A stretch of 64,000 nt of DNA from an uncultured Candidatus Rokubacteria bacterium (GCA_963805625.1 CAWDVE010000010.1:1024001-1088000); one strand, 5' to 3'. Counted from the first letter of the stretch, positions 31,353 through 41,324 are shown. The notes: generated by a model from the letters alone, not told the origin. Program-made: numbers and translations.

Positions 31353-32198
31353 TCAGCCGAACCAGAGGCGTTCGGCCGTCCCGCCCATGACGAGATCCAG
31401 CTCTTCCTTGGACAGAAACGTCGCCACCCGGGGCAGAAGGTGCCGGCTGCGGACGTAGCCGCACCCGGCCAGCACGTGGGGAAAGTCCGAGCCCCACATG
31501 CACCGCTCCGCGCCGAAGGCGCGCACCGCCGCCCCGGCAAACGGCAGGCCGTCTCGATACGGGTACCGCTCGGGGCACCAGTGGTGGAAGCCCGAGAGCT
31601 TGACGTGAACCTGCGGGTGACGGGCGAGGTCGAGCAGAGCCCGGAACGCCGGCTGGCCGAGCCCTTCCGCAGGCACCGGTGTGTTGAGATGGTCGACCAC
31701 GATCCGGAGCGACGGGAAGCGGGCCAGGAGCGGTGGCAACCGCCCGAGGTCCGTGCCCCCGTGGAGCACGCAGGCGATCGTGCCGGTCTCCGCCAGGGCC
31801 TCCCACAGCGGCAGGGTCTGGTCGGTCGCGAGCCAGGGGCCGCGGCCGGGCCGCTCGCCCGGCCTGAACGGGCGCAGGCGGATACCGGTCACGCCCTCGT
31901 CCCGCCAGCGCCTCAGGACCGCCGGAGCCTTCGCTCCCCTCGGGTCGATTACGCACACACCGCGGAAGCGGTCGGGGAAGCGGCGGAGGCACGACACCAT
32001 GTAGCGGTTGTCCCAGTGGTAGAACCACGGCTGGACGAAGACGGCGCGGGCGACACCGGCCTCGTCCATGTAGTCCATGAAGAGCTCGACGGAGGCCGTG
32101 GCCTGCGCGCTGTAGCCGATCTTCATGGGACCCGGGTCGAGGCCCGCGGCGGTCCCGTCCCACACATGCAGGTGCGAGTCGACCACGGCGTAAGCCAC
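31353..32198 (-). CDS. Amidohydrolase_2 family protein
   Basis: VDSHLHVW, VDHL, VKLSG, WGSDFP motifs. Confidence 0.88.
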   Translation of the reverse strand: MAYAVVDSHLHVWDGTAAGLDPGPMKIGYSAQATASVELFMDYMDEAGVARAVFVQPWFYHWDNRYMVSCLRRFPDRFRGVCVIDPRGAKAPAVLRRWRDEGVTGIRLRPFRPGERPGRGPWLATDQTLPLWEALAETGTIACVLHGGTDLGRLPPLLARFPSLRIVVDHLNTPVPAEGLGQPAFRALLDLARHPQVHVKLSGFHHWCPERYPYRDGLPFAGAAVRAFGAERCMWGSDFPHVLAGCGYVRSRHLLPRVATFLSKEELDLVMGGTAERLWFG

Positions 32199-32327
32199 GA
32201 AGACAAAGGGTAGCACGAGCATTCCCGAATCGGCAGCGGTCTACTGGTTCCCGGCTCGTGCGATACTGCCGCCACGCATCGCCGAGCGGCCGAGACGATG
32301 TCCATTCACTCTGCGATCGGAGGTCCC

Positions 32328-33296
32328 ATGAGCGATCGGCGCGACGTGGTGATCGTCATCCCCGGGGATGATCCCCCGCAGATCCAGGGCTCCCCGCATC
32401 TCGAACGCCTCCGCCACTACGGGGAGGTGCGGCTCCACACCGACCGGCCCGCCACGCCCGAGGAGAAGCTCGCGCGGGCGCGCGACGCCGTCTGTCTCGT
32501 GAACACCCGGGGGGCGATCAAGTGGCCCCGCGAGGCGCTCCTGGCGTTGCCGCGGCTCCGGATGGCCACCGTGTGCGGCATCGGGACCGATTCCTTCGAC
32601 CTCGTTGCGGCGGGCGAGCGGGGCATCGTCGTGTGCAACATCCCCGGCAAGACCGCGCCCATCGTCGCCGAGCACGCGTTCGGGCTCATGCTCGCGGCCG
32701 CCAAGCGCGCCCACTTCCAGACCGCGGAGCTCAAGGCGGGTCGCTGGACCCGCATGGACAACGTCTATCTCCACGGCAAAACGCTCGGTGTCGTCGGGAC
32801 GGGGGCGATCGGCGGCATGATGGCTCGTCTCGGGCGCGCGATCGGCATGGACGTGGTCGCCTGGACGTTCAGTCCGAGCCCGGCGCGCGCGGCCGAGCTC
32901 GGCGTCCGTTACCTCCCGCTCGACGAGCTCCTGCGGACGGCGGACGTCGTGTCGCTCCACGTCCGGCTCACGGCGGAGAGCCGTGGCCTCCTCGGCCCGC
33001 GCGAGCTCGGCCTGATGAAGACGGGCGCCATCCTGGTCAACACGGCCCGCGGACCGGTCGTGGACACCGACGCGCTGGTGGCCGCGCTCCACGCTGGCCA
33101 CCTGGCCGGGGCGGCACTCGACGTGTTCGACACCGAGCCGCTCCCCGCGACGCATCCCCTGCTCGCCTGCGAGCAGGTCGTGCTCACCCCGCACAACGCC
33201 GATCAGACGCCCGAGGGAATGGACCTCCTGAACGCGGGCGTCGTCGACAACGTGATCGCGTTCCTGGAGGGGCGGCCCCAGAACGTCGTCGGGTAG
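32328..33296 (+). CDS. D-isomer-specific 2-hydroxyacid dehydrogenase
   Basis: GTGAIG, VNTARG, LDVF..EP, TPH motifs. Confidence 0.92.
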   Translation: MSDRRDVVIVIPGDDPPQIQGSPHLERLRHYGEVRLHTDRPATPEEKLARARDAVCLVNTRGAIKWPREALLALPRLRMATVCGIGTDSFDLVAAGERGIVVCNIPGKTAPIVAEHAFGLMLAAAKRAHFQTAELKAGRWTRMDNVYLHGKTLGVVGTGAIGGMMARLGRAIGMDVVAWTFSPSPARAAELGVRYLPLDELLRTADVVSLHVRLTAESRGLLGPRELGLMKTGAILVNTARGPVVDTDALVAALHAGHLAGAALDVFDTEPLPATHPLLACEQVVLTPHNADQTPEGMDLLNAGVVDNVIAFLEGRPQNVVG

Positions 33297-33571
33297 CCCG
33301 CTCCCGGTGCCGCGCTACCAGCGGCTCGGTCTCCGGACCTGGGCCGCCGCGTGTTCGACCGCCCTCCGGGGCCCATGCGGCGTCGGCCGGTTCATCGCAA
33401 GCACCTTGTAGCAACCACAGCGTCCTATTGCCCCGTTGCCGGGCACGGAGGGACCGTGCCACGAAACCAGGGAATCGGGCCTGCTGCTTGCAGGCCCACC
33501 TGCAGGATGGCTGTGGTTCGTCAACGGCATCGGCGTGTCCGGCCGCGCCTATTAGCGCCGACACTACCCTC

Positions 33572-33890
33572 TCAGCGTCTTGCGAACTTCAGGTGCGTCA
33601 CCTTTGGGGCAGCGACCGTCCACACGAGCTCGGGCCCGTGCAGATCGGCGCCGGCGGGTTCATCGCGAAGTTAGACCACCGGGCGCGTGCCTACGAGGAC
33701 GGGCTGGAAGAATCGATCGTCCACCCGACGAACGCCCTGAAAGCCGACTACGCTCATGAGCTCGCCGACCTGCGCAACCGGGATCGCGAGATAAGAGCTC
33801 TTCAGGATGGTTGCGCATTCGTCAACGCTGTCCGCAGGCGTGATCTCAAACGAAAGATCATATCGCGGTCCCCGCCACGCTCGCTGACGC
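33572..33890 (-). pseudogene. Two orphan gene tails (class I methyltransferase-like and RibD-C/DHFR-like)
   Basis: Minus-strand reads WRGPRYDLSFEI...VDDRFFQPVLVGTRPVV* (stop 33671) and DLHGPELVWTVAAPKVTHLKFARR* (stop 33572); neither has a start. Confidence 0.5.
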
Positions 33891-33947
33891 CATTCGCCTC
33901 GTCGTGGGCCGCGAAGACACGGGCTCTAGCTCGAGTCTGCGCCGGCG

Positions 33948-36656
33948 CTACCGGTGGCTCTCCGTCTGCAGTCGCCGCAGCGTCTCCTCCAGCTTTCGCA
34001 AGTCCTCCGCGAAGCCTGCGAAGTCGCCTCGACCGAAGCGCTCGCGCGCCCGGGTGAAGTGCTCGAGCGCCTCGGCCGCCAGCCGCGGCGGGATACCGCC
34101 CGCGGTCGGCGGCGCCCCGGCCGCCGCGGGCGCGCCGGCGGCCGCTGCGGGACGGGCGCCGAAGAGCTGCTGGAGCGAGGCTTCCAGTGTCTCGTCCATC
34201 GCGATCCGGTTCCCGTAGGCCACGATCACTCGCTTCAGCTCCGGCAGGCGCCCGCGCTCCGCCGCGAGGTAGAGGGGCTGGACGTAGAGGAGCGACTCCT
34301 CGATGGGGATCGCGAGGAGGCCCCCCCGGATCACCTGCGAGCCGGCCTGGCCCCACAGCGAGAGCTGCTGGGAGATGAACGCGTCCTGGTCGATGCGGGC
34401 CTCGACCTGCCGCGGGCCGAACACGAGCTTGCCCTTCGGGAACTCGAAGAGCACGAGCTTGCCGTAGTCCGGCGGGTCCGAGCGCGCCGCCAGCCACGCG
34501 ATCATGTTGTCCCGGCGCACGGGAGTGAACGGCAGGAGGAGGATGAACTCCTCGCGCTTCTCGGCGGGGAGCCGCATGATCGTGTAGTATGGCTCCATCT
34601 CCGTGTCCCGGCCCTCCGTCTTCCGGATCGGGACCGTCCAGAGGTCCTCCTTGTTGTAGAAGACCTGCGGATCGAGCATGTGGTACTGCGCGTACATCCG
34701 CGCCTGGATGCCGAAGAAGTCCTGCGGGTAGCGGATGTGGGACCGCAGGTCCTCGGGCATGGCCGAGAAGGGCCGGAACAAACCGGGGAACGCGCGCGCG
34801 TAGGAGGCGACGAGCGGCTCGTTGGGCTCGACGACGTAGAAGGCCACCGTCCCGTCGTAGGCGTCCACGGTCACCTTCACCGAGTTGCGGATGTAGTTGC
34901 CCACCCCGGGGGTTCGGTGAGAGTAGGGGAAGTAGTCGGTCGTGGTGTAGGCATCGACAAGCCAGACGATTCGCCCGGCGGTGGTGATGACCGGGTACGG
35001 GTCGCGGTCCACCCGCAGGAACGGCGCGATCTTCTGCACCCGCTCGGCGACCTGCCGGTGGTAGAGGATCCGGCTCTCGGGGGTGAAGTCGTCGGACAGG
35101 AGGATCTTGATCTCGGCGAACCGCGCCGCAAAGACGATACGGCGCCCCAGCGACCCGATGCCCACGCCGCCCGTGCCCGAATAGGTCGTGTAGACGTTCT
35201 GATCGCCCTGCGGGTAGTTCAGCTCGGGCGCGCGCATCTTGACCAACACGTACGCGTTCGCGACCTCGCCGTAGTAAACCTCCGGCCGGCTGATCTTGAG
35301 CGGGCCGACGGCCGCGGGCGGGATGTCCTTGACGAAGAACTCCGGCAGCCCCTCCCGCGTCACGCGGTTGACCGGGCCCACCACGGCGCCGTACCCGTGC
35401 GTGTACACGAGGTGCTCGTTGATCCAGATCCGGCTCGGAAGATGGGCGGACGACAGCTCGCGGACGGACAGCATCACCTGCCGGGACTCCCCGTCGAGCT
35501 GGTACCGGTCGTTGTCCACGTCGACGAACTTGTAGTAGGTGCGGATCTCCTGGAGCTGACCGTAGGAGTCGAGCGCGGGCCGGTGCTCCCACAGGCGGAT
35601 GTTCTTGATGGTCGTGTCGTTCTTGCGGAGGACGGCCGCGGTGAGGTTCTCCTCGGCCGGGAAGGGCCGAGACTCGATCCGGTCGAGCCCGTAGGCGCGG
35701 TTGGTGGCGGCGATCGTCCGCTCGATGTAGGGCCGCTCGGCCACGATCTCGTTGGGAGCCACCCGGAACCGCTGGACGAAGGCTGGATAGGCGGCCAGGC
35801 CGATCAGGCCCCCCGCGATCCAGAAGGCGAGCCCGACGAAGGCAAAGCGCAGACCGGGCCGCGTCATCTGGACCAGGCACAGAACGGCTGCGAGGCCGGC
35901 CAGGCCGATCATGGCGTAGAGTGCCGGGAGGCTGGCGTTGACGTCCGCGTAGCTGGCCCCGAACGATGCCCCGCCCGCGGAGAAGAGGAGGCCGAAGGCG
36001 TCCAGCGAGTACCCCCACGCCTTGACGACGAGGAATGCGGCTCCCAGACCCAGCAAGTGCCCTTTCGCCCACGGGGCGACGACGAGGCCTCGGGGCGTCA
36101 GCCGCGCGCCGCGAGAGAACACGTACACGGCGGCGACCGCCGCCAGGGTCACGGACAGGACCAGGGTGAGAAACTGGAACGCGCCGAGCAGGAGCGGGTA
36201 CGTGAAGACATAGAACCCGACGTCCCGGCCGAAGAGGGGCTCGGTCACGCCGAAGACCCCGGCGTTCCGGAACCGGATCAACGTCTCCCATCGAGCCGTC
36301 CCCTGTCCGCTCAGCATGAACGCGATCACGAGACAGCCGGGTAGCAGGAACTTCCGGTAGAGCGGCTCCACCTGGCGCCAGCTCGGGAGCTGGGGCAGAT
36401 CGTCCTCGCCGGCGAGCTCGACGAGCGGCCCGTGTCCCCGGCGCGTCGCCAGGAGATTGAGATAGAGCACCAGGAACGCCAGGACTCCGGTTCCCACGCC
36501 CAGCAGGATCTTCGTCGACAGGATGGTCGCGAAGACCCCCGAGAAGCCGACCTCGTCGAACCAGAGCCAGTCGGTGTAGAGCTCGACAGCCTGTCGGCCG
36601 AACGGCAGCACCAGGAACAGTACGACCATCCCGACGAATACGCCTATCCTTGCCAT
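33948..36656 (-). CDS. UPF0182 family membrane protein
   Basis: YTDWLWF, NIRLW, DVDNDRY, YTHGYG, NYIRNSVK, QPLYL motifs. Confidence 0.95.
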   Translation of the reverse strand: MARIGVFVGMVVLFLVLPFGRQAVELYTDWLWFDEVGFSGVFATILSTKILLGVGTGVLAFLVLYLNLLATRRGHGPLVELAGEDDLPQLPSWRQVEPLYRKFLLPGCLVIAFMLSGQGTARWETLIRFRNAGVFGVTEPLFGRDVGFYVFTYPLLLGAFQFLTLVLSVTLAAVAAVYVFSRGARLTPRGLVVAPWAKGHLLGLGAAFLVVKAWGYSLDAFGLLFSAGGASFGASYADVNASLPALYAMIGLAGLAAVLCLVQMTRPGLRFAFVGLAFWIAGGLIGLAAYPAFVQRFRVAPNEIVAERPYIERTIAATNRAYGLDRIESRPFPAEENLTAAVLRKNDTTIKNIRLWEHRPALDSYGQLQEIRTYYKFVDVDNDRYQLDGESRQVMLSVRELSSAHLPSRIWINEHLVYTHGYGAVVGPVNRVTREGLPEFFVKDIPPAAVGPLKISRPEVYYGEVANAYVLVKMRAPELNYPQGDQNVYTTYSGTGGVGIGSLGRRIVFAARFAEIKILLSDDFTPESRILYHRQVAERVQKIAPFLRVDRDPYPVITTAGRIVWLVDAYTTTDYFPYSHRTPGVGNYIRNSVKVTVDAYDGTVAFYVVEPNEPLVASYARAFPGLFRPFSAMPEDLRSHIRYPQDFFGIQARMYAQYHMLDPQVFYNKEDLWTVPIRKTEGRDTEMEPYYTIMRLPAEKREEFILLLPFTPVRRDNMIAWLAARSDPPDYGKLVLFEFPKGKLVFGPRQVEARIDQDAFISQQLSLWGQAGSQVIRGGLLAIPIEESLLYVQPLYLAAERGRLPELKRVIVAYGNRIAMDETLEASLQQLFGARPAAAAGAPAAAGAPPTAGGIPPRLAAEALEHFTRARERFGRGDFAGFAEDLRKLEETLRRLQTESHR

Positions 36657-36800
36657 GCTCCCCTTCGTCGTCTCGGAAGGGACGACCCGAGTCACCCCGA
36701 CCGCGATTGGTTGACCGCGAAAGCGCTGCCGGCCGCCGGCGCCTCGCCGGTGGACGGACCGGATTCAGCCGCCGGCCGATCGCCGGACGGCACAAGGACA

Positions 36801-37157
36801 CTAGGGGACGGGCGGACTCCGCGGGGCGCCCGCGGGGAGTGGACGTGACGCAAGGTCGTCTCGGAGGTTCCCCTCACCTGAGCAGCCGGCGAGATCGGAC
36901 GCCAGAACGGCCGGCGCGCACGCGGGCGGGAGCGCCGGCGCCGGCGGCCGCTGGACTGGGCGATCGTCCGCCGCGACGTCGAGCTGGGCTTGGCGATACC
37001 GCGCGAAGACGATCCCGGGGGCGCGGTCGACAGCGCCGCCCCGCCCCGTCCGCGGCATGGCGGCGGCGAGCGGGATCAGATAGACAAACAGACCCAGCAC
37101 CGCCCCCGCACGGGCGAAGGTCGTCGGCCGATGGCGTCGGGGTGGCCCGGAACGCAT
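36801..37157 (-). CDS. Small upstream ORF with one TM segment and C-terminal RSPP (candidate arrest/leader peptide)
   Basis: AGAVLGLFVYLIPLAAA hydrophobic stretch; ends APRSPPVP*; ATG lies 7 nt after a -10 box. Confidence 0.55.
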   Translation of the reverse strand: MRSGPPRRHRPTTFARAGAVLGLFVYLIPLAAAMPRTGRGGAVDRAPGIVFARYRQAQLDVAADDRPVQRPPAPALPPACAPAVLASDLAGCSGEGNLRDDLASRPLPAGAPRSPPVP

Positions 37158-37164
37158 GCCCCGA

Positions 37165-37193
37165 AGAGTAGCAATCCCCGCCAGGGTTGACAA
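37165..37193 (-). promoter_or_regulatory. Sigma70 promoter giving a probably leaderless transcript
   Basis: TTGTCA-N17-TACTCT with extended TGn, 7 nt before ATG 37157. Confidence 0.65.
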
Positions 37194-37282
37194 TGCGAGC
37201 GCGTGATACCTTCGGAGCTAGCGCGCCCCTCGCCCGTCCGTTCCATCCCGTCAACCTCCGGGTGCTCCGAAGGGGAACCGCC

Positions 37283-37440
37283 ATGGACGAACACGAGATG
37301 CGACACTGGCTTCACCGGGTCCGGGGCGGGCATCGTCTCACGCCGGCAGTTCCACGACGACCCTGGACGGGCCGGATCCCCAGAGCCTCATGGAGCAGTT
37401 CGCCTCCCGGGAGGTCTCGTCCAAGCAGAACCGCTGGCAC
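37283..37440 (+). pseudogene. Collapsed peptide ABC substrate-binding protein gene (head fused to a late segment)
   Basis: MDEHEMRHWLHRVR..VSRRQF (Tat-like leader, frameshifted) followed at once by TTLDGPDPQSLMEQFASREVSSKQNRW. Confidence 0.5.
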
Positions 37441-37609
37441 GCTTGCCGCACCGGCGCCTCACGCCGCTCGGACGCCGCGGAGGGCCGGAAGGTGCAGCGG
37501 CCTTTGGTGACTTCACGACGTTGCCCTTGCCAGGACGGGGATGGTATGACTTCACGTCGGCCGCGACGCGTGACCCTCTAGCTCATGATCTCGACTCGGC
37601 CTCGTCGCC

Positions 37610-38235
37610 CTCGCCGCGCTGACGATCGCCTTCGGGGCCGGACCGGCCGAAGCCGCGGGGACCTTCCGGATCGCCATGGGCGTGGATCTCGACACGGTCG
37701 ACCCGCTCAGATGACGACGACCACCGTCGCGAACATGGTCGACTACGTGGCGGAGACGCTTACCGCGCTCGGCCCGACGGGAAGGCCCAGCCATGGCTCG
37801 CCGAGAGCTGGACGCTCGCGCCGGACGGGCTCACCCACACGTTCAAGCTCCGGAGGGGCGTCGTCTTCCACGACGGGACGCCGTTCGACGCGAAGGCGGT
37901 CAAGTTCACGTTCGACCGCCTGGAGGATCCCGCGATCCGCGTGCCGGTTCGCACGTCGCTCCCGCTCAAGGAGATCGAGGTCGTGGATGCCTCCACGGTC
38001 AAGATGACCCTGACTCGGCCGTCGGCGCCCTTCATCTCGGCTCTGGCGCAGACCACCACCGCGATCGTGTCGCCGGCGGCAGCCGACAAGAACGGGAACG
38101 AGCACAAGAACATCGTTCACACTGTCGGAACCGGGCCCTACGTGTTCAAGGAGCGGAAGAAGGGCGAAAGCTTCACGGTCACTCTGAACGACAAGTAGTG
38201 GGGCAAGAGGCCGAGCTACGATACGGTCGTCTACG
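37610..38235 (+). pseudogene. Family 5 (Dpp/Gsi-like) ABC substrate-binding protein fragment
   Basis: DLDTVDP, LAESW...FHDGTPFDA..VKFTFDR, GTGPYVF; frameshift near 37780, in-frame TAG at 38196 (NDK*WG), truncated. Confidence 0.8.
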
Positions 38236-38499
38236 CCCGCGCCATCGCGGCAGCCGATTCGGCTGGGTAGGCCTCGCCGGCCCTGGCGATCGATCCGCTG
38301 TAGCGACACCGGCACGCCGGGCACGCGGCCCGCTGGCGATATCCGGCTGGGCGCACCGGCCGTCGCAGAGGTACCATCGGAGAAGCGGCAGTTGCTCGCG
38401 GATTGCCCTCGTCTCGTGACGGCCAGCAGGCGACAGGGCTCCCGCGGGCGCCCGCGAACATCCGCACCCTCCGGCATCCGCTGGCAGAAGGAGCATGAC

Positions 38500-39387
38500 A
38501 TGGAAAGAAAGCAGGCGTCGGAATACCCGCAGGATCTCCTGGACCTGTTTCATGAGTACCAGCACGGCGAGATCACCCGTCGTGAGTTCTTCGATCGCGC
38601 CGCGAAGTTCGCCGTCGGCGGACTGACCGTGACGGCGATCTGGGAAAGCCTCAAGCCCAACTACGCGTGGGCCCAGCAGGTCCCCAAGGACGACATGCGG
38701 ATCACGGCCTCCTACGAGACAGTCCCCTCGCCGGGAGGCAACGGCTCGATCAAGGGCTACCTCGCTCGTCCGGCGCGGGCAGCCGGGAAGGTGCCGGCCG
38801 TGGTCGTCATCCACGAGAACCGCGGGCTCAACCCCTACATCGAGGACGTGGCCCGCCGCCTGGCGGTCCTCGACTTCGTCGCCTACGCCCCGGACGGCCT
38901 CACGTCGGTCGGCGGGTATCCGGGCGACGACGAGAAGGCCGCGGCGGCGTTCGGGACCGTGGACGGTCCGAAGATGGCCGAGGACTTCTTGGCCTCGGCG
39001 AAGTGGCTGAAGGCGCGCCCGGAGTCCAGCGGCAAGCTTGGCGCCGTCGGCTTCTGCTTCGGCGGCGGGATCGTGAACCAGCTCGCGGTGCGGCTACCCG
39101 AGCTCGACGCGGCAGTCCCGTTCTACGGCCGCCAGCCGAGCGCCGACGCCGTACCGGAGATCAAGGCGTCGCTCCTGCTGCACTACGCCGGCAACGATCA
39201 GGGCATCAACGCCGGGATCCCCGCCTACGAAGCGGCGCTCAAGGCCAACGGCAAGGCGTACGCGCTGTATGTCTACGAGGGCACCCAGCACGGGTTCCAC
39301 AACGACACGACACCGCGCTACGACGAGAAAGCCGCGAAGCTCGCGTGGCAGCGCACGACCGACTTCCTCAACCGGACGCTTCGCTAG
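38500..39387 (+). CDS. Dienelactone hydrolase family (YghX-like)
   Basis: IHENRGLNP, GFCFGG, HGFHNDTTPRY motifs; TRREF Tat-like leader. Confidence 0.92.
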   Translation: MERKQASEYPQDLLDLFHEYQHGEITRREFFDRAAKFAVGGLTVTAIWESLKPNYAWAQQVPKDDMRITASYETVPSPGGNGSIKGYLARPARAAGKVPAVVVIHENRGLNPYIEDVARRLAVLDFVAYAPDGLTSVGGYPGDDEKAAAAFGTVDGPKMAEDFLASAKWLKARPESSGKLGAVGFCFGGGIVNQLAVRLPELDAAVPFYGRQPSADAVPEIKASLLLHYAGNDQGINAGIPAYEAALKANGKAYALYVYEGTQHGFHNDTTPRYDEKAAKLAWQRTTDFLNRTLR

Positions 39388-39598
39388 CATCCAGAGCAGC
39401 ATCCGGCCGGCGGGCGGGGCCCTCGAGCTCGGGGCGCCGGGAACCGCCGGATGTCGCCCGCGCGCGCGATCCGTGGCTCGGCCCGGCCCTCCGCGGCGTG
39501 ATCACGCTGCGGAGGGCCGAGGCTCGCGACACTCCAAGACGCCTCTCGCCCTCTGACCAGGGACCGGCCCCATGGCCGCGCGGCCGGCTGGGAGGCGG

Positions 39599-40357
39599 CT
39601 AGCGGTCGAGGAACAGGCCGCCGCTCAAATTCAGGTTCGCGCCGGTGACGTAGCTAGCCTCGTCGGACGCGAGGAAGACGACGCACGCCGCGACCTCGTC
39701 GGGTCTCCCCTCGCGGCCGAGCGGGATGTGGAGGCCCGGCAGGGTGGAGCCGGCGATGCCCCCCATGTCGGTCGTGATGAGCCCCGGCGCGACGGCGTTG
39801 ACGCGAATCCGGTGCGGCGCCAGCTCTCGAGCGAAGGACCGCGTGATCGACACCAGCCCGGCCTTCGACGCCGCGTAGTGGGCGCACGGGTTGATCCCAC
39901 CGCTCCACGCCGCGTCCGAGGCGACGTTGACGATGGCCCCACCCTCCCCGCGCTCCTGCATCGCGCGCGCCGCGGCCTGGGCGCAGAAGAACGCGCCCTT
40001 CAGATTCACGTCGAGAACCTGGTCCCACTCCCGCTCCTCAATCTCGAGGGCGGGACGCCGCTCGAAGACACCGGCGTTGTTGACCAAGACGTCGATGCGC
40101 CCGAACGCGTCGAGCGTCGCTCGGACCAGGCGTCTCGCCTCGGCCACCCGGCCCAGGTCGGCAGCGTGCCATGCCCCGCGGGCGCCGATCGCGGCGATCT
40201 CGGCGAGCACGGCGCGGCCGGCGACCTCGTCGCGGCCGTTCACGACGACCGCGGCACCCTCACGCGCGCACGCAAGGGCGATCGCCCGCCCGATCCCACG
40301 CGTGGCTCCCGTCACGACGACCGCGCGCCCGGCGAGCCGCTGACCGGCCGCGCTCAC
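39599..40357 (-). CDS. SDR family oxidoreductase
   Basis: TGATRGIG, NNAG, YAASK motifs. Confidence 0.93.
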   Translation of the reverse strand: MSAAGQRLAGRAVVVTGATRGIGRAIALACAREGAAVVVNGRDEVAGRAVLAEIAAIGARGAWHAADLGRVAEARRLVRATLDAFGRIDVLVNNAGVFERRPALEIEEREWDQVLDVNLKGAFFCAQAAARAMQERGEGGAIVNVASDAAWSGGINPCAHYAASKAGLVSITRSFARELAPHRIRVNAVAPGLITTDMGGIAGSTLPGLHIPLGREGRPDEVAACVVFLASDEASYVTGANLNLSGGLFLDR

Positions 40358-40480
40358 GGGCGACCAGACGGTGGGCTCACCGGGGCTTGCCTCGCGTGCT
40401 CGGCTTGCGCGGCGGACGCCAGTCCCAGCCGGTCTTCACCGGGCGTGGCTGGCGGGGCCCGCCGGACTTCCGCGTCCCCA

Positions 40481-41161
40481 TCAGGGCTTGCGGAAGACGA
40501 TCCGCCCCATGTAGGACTCGGCGGTGCCCTTGACGTCGTCCGAGTCGATGCCGAAGGACACGCCGCCGGGATCCTCGGACTCCTCGCCGTAGATCTGCTT
40601 GAAGTCCTCGCGGACGTCGCGCCGCTCGGTGACCCATTTCCCCAGGTCCGCCGGCCCCGAGCGAACCACGACGTAGGTCACCGTCCCTGTTTTCTCGCTC
40701 TTGAACACGGAACCCACCGGGGCCGTCGTGTCCCAGATGTAGCCGATGATCCGCGAGCGAAGCGCCTCCGGGAAGCGGGGCCAGATGACATAAAGCTGGG
40801 CGGCCTCGTCGTCCGTCGCCGCGCGCCGCGCGTCGGCTCCCTTGGGAAGCGCCGCGACCTTCCAGGTCCACTCGAGGATCGGCGTCTCGGCGAGCCGGAC
40901 CTTGCCTCGGATGTCCTTGTTGACGTTGGAGCTGTCGCTCGCGCTCTTCATCTGGACCACGCGCTGCCCGTCCTGCTCGACCACCGTGAAGTTGTACGTC
41001 GGGCTGCCCCAGTCCTGCTTCTGCCAGCCGGGCGGGATGCCCCTGGCGCCCACGGGGGCCGCCGACCAGTCCTCGATGACGACGACGTCCGCCGCCAGGA
41101 CCACCGCGGCGACGAACATGCCGGCAAGCGCGACCATCCGGATTCCCAACCCACCCCTCAT
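40481..41161 (-). CDS. DUF3047-like exported protein
   Basis: Signal peptide, PILEWTWKV, DDEAAQLYV, IGYIWD, DSDD motifs. Confidence 0.75.
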   Translation of the reverse strand: MRGGLGIRMVALAGMFVAAVVLAADVVVIEDWSAAPVGARGIPPGWQKQDWGSPTYNFTVVEQDGQRVVQMKSASDSSNVNKDIRGKVRLAETPILEWTWKVAALPKGADARRAATDDEAAQLYVIWPRFPEALRSRIIGYIWDTTAPVGSVFKSEKTGTVTYVVVRSGPADLGKWVTERRDVREDFKQIYGEESEDPGGVSFGIDSDDVKGTAESYMGRIVFRKP

Positions 41162-41324
41162 ACGGTACTCCCTCGTTCCCCCGCGGCCGCAGCTGGTCGC
41201 GTGCCGTGAATGGTGACCATCCCGCGGAGCGAGTCGTCTCGTCTCCAGCATACCGGACGGACCCCGATCCGTGGGGTAGCGAACGCACTGTCTGTCGGCC
41301 GAGGGGCGAGAGGTCGTCAGAGGC

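Noticed and set aside
38196-38198. Pyrrolysine or read-through TAG in the binding-protein fragment
   Set aside because: The same gene is also frameshifted and truncated; simple TAC-to-TAG decay is more parsimonious
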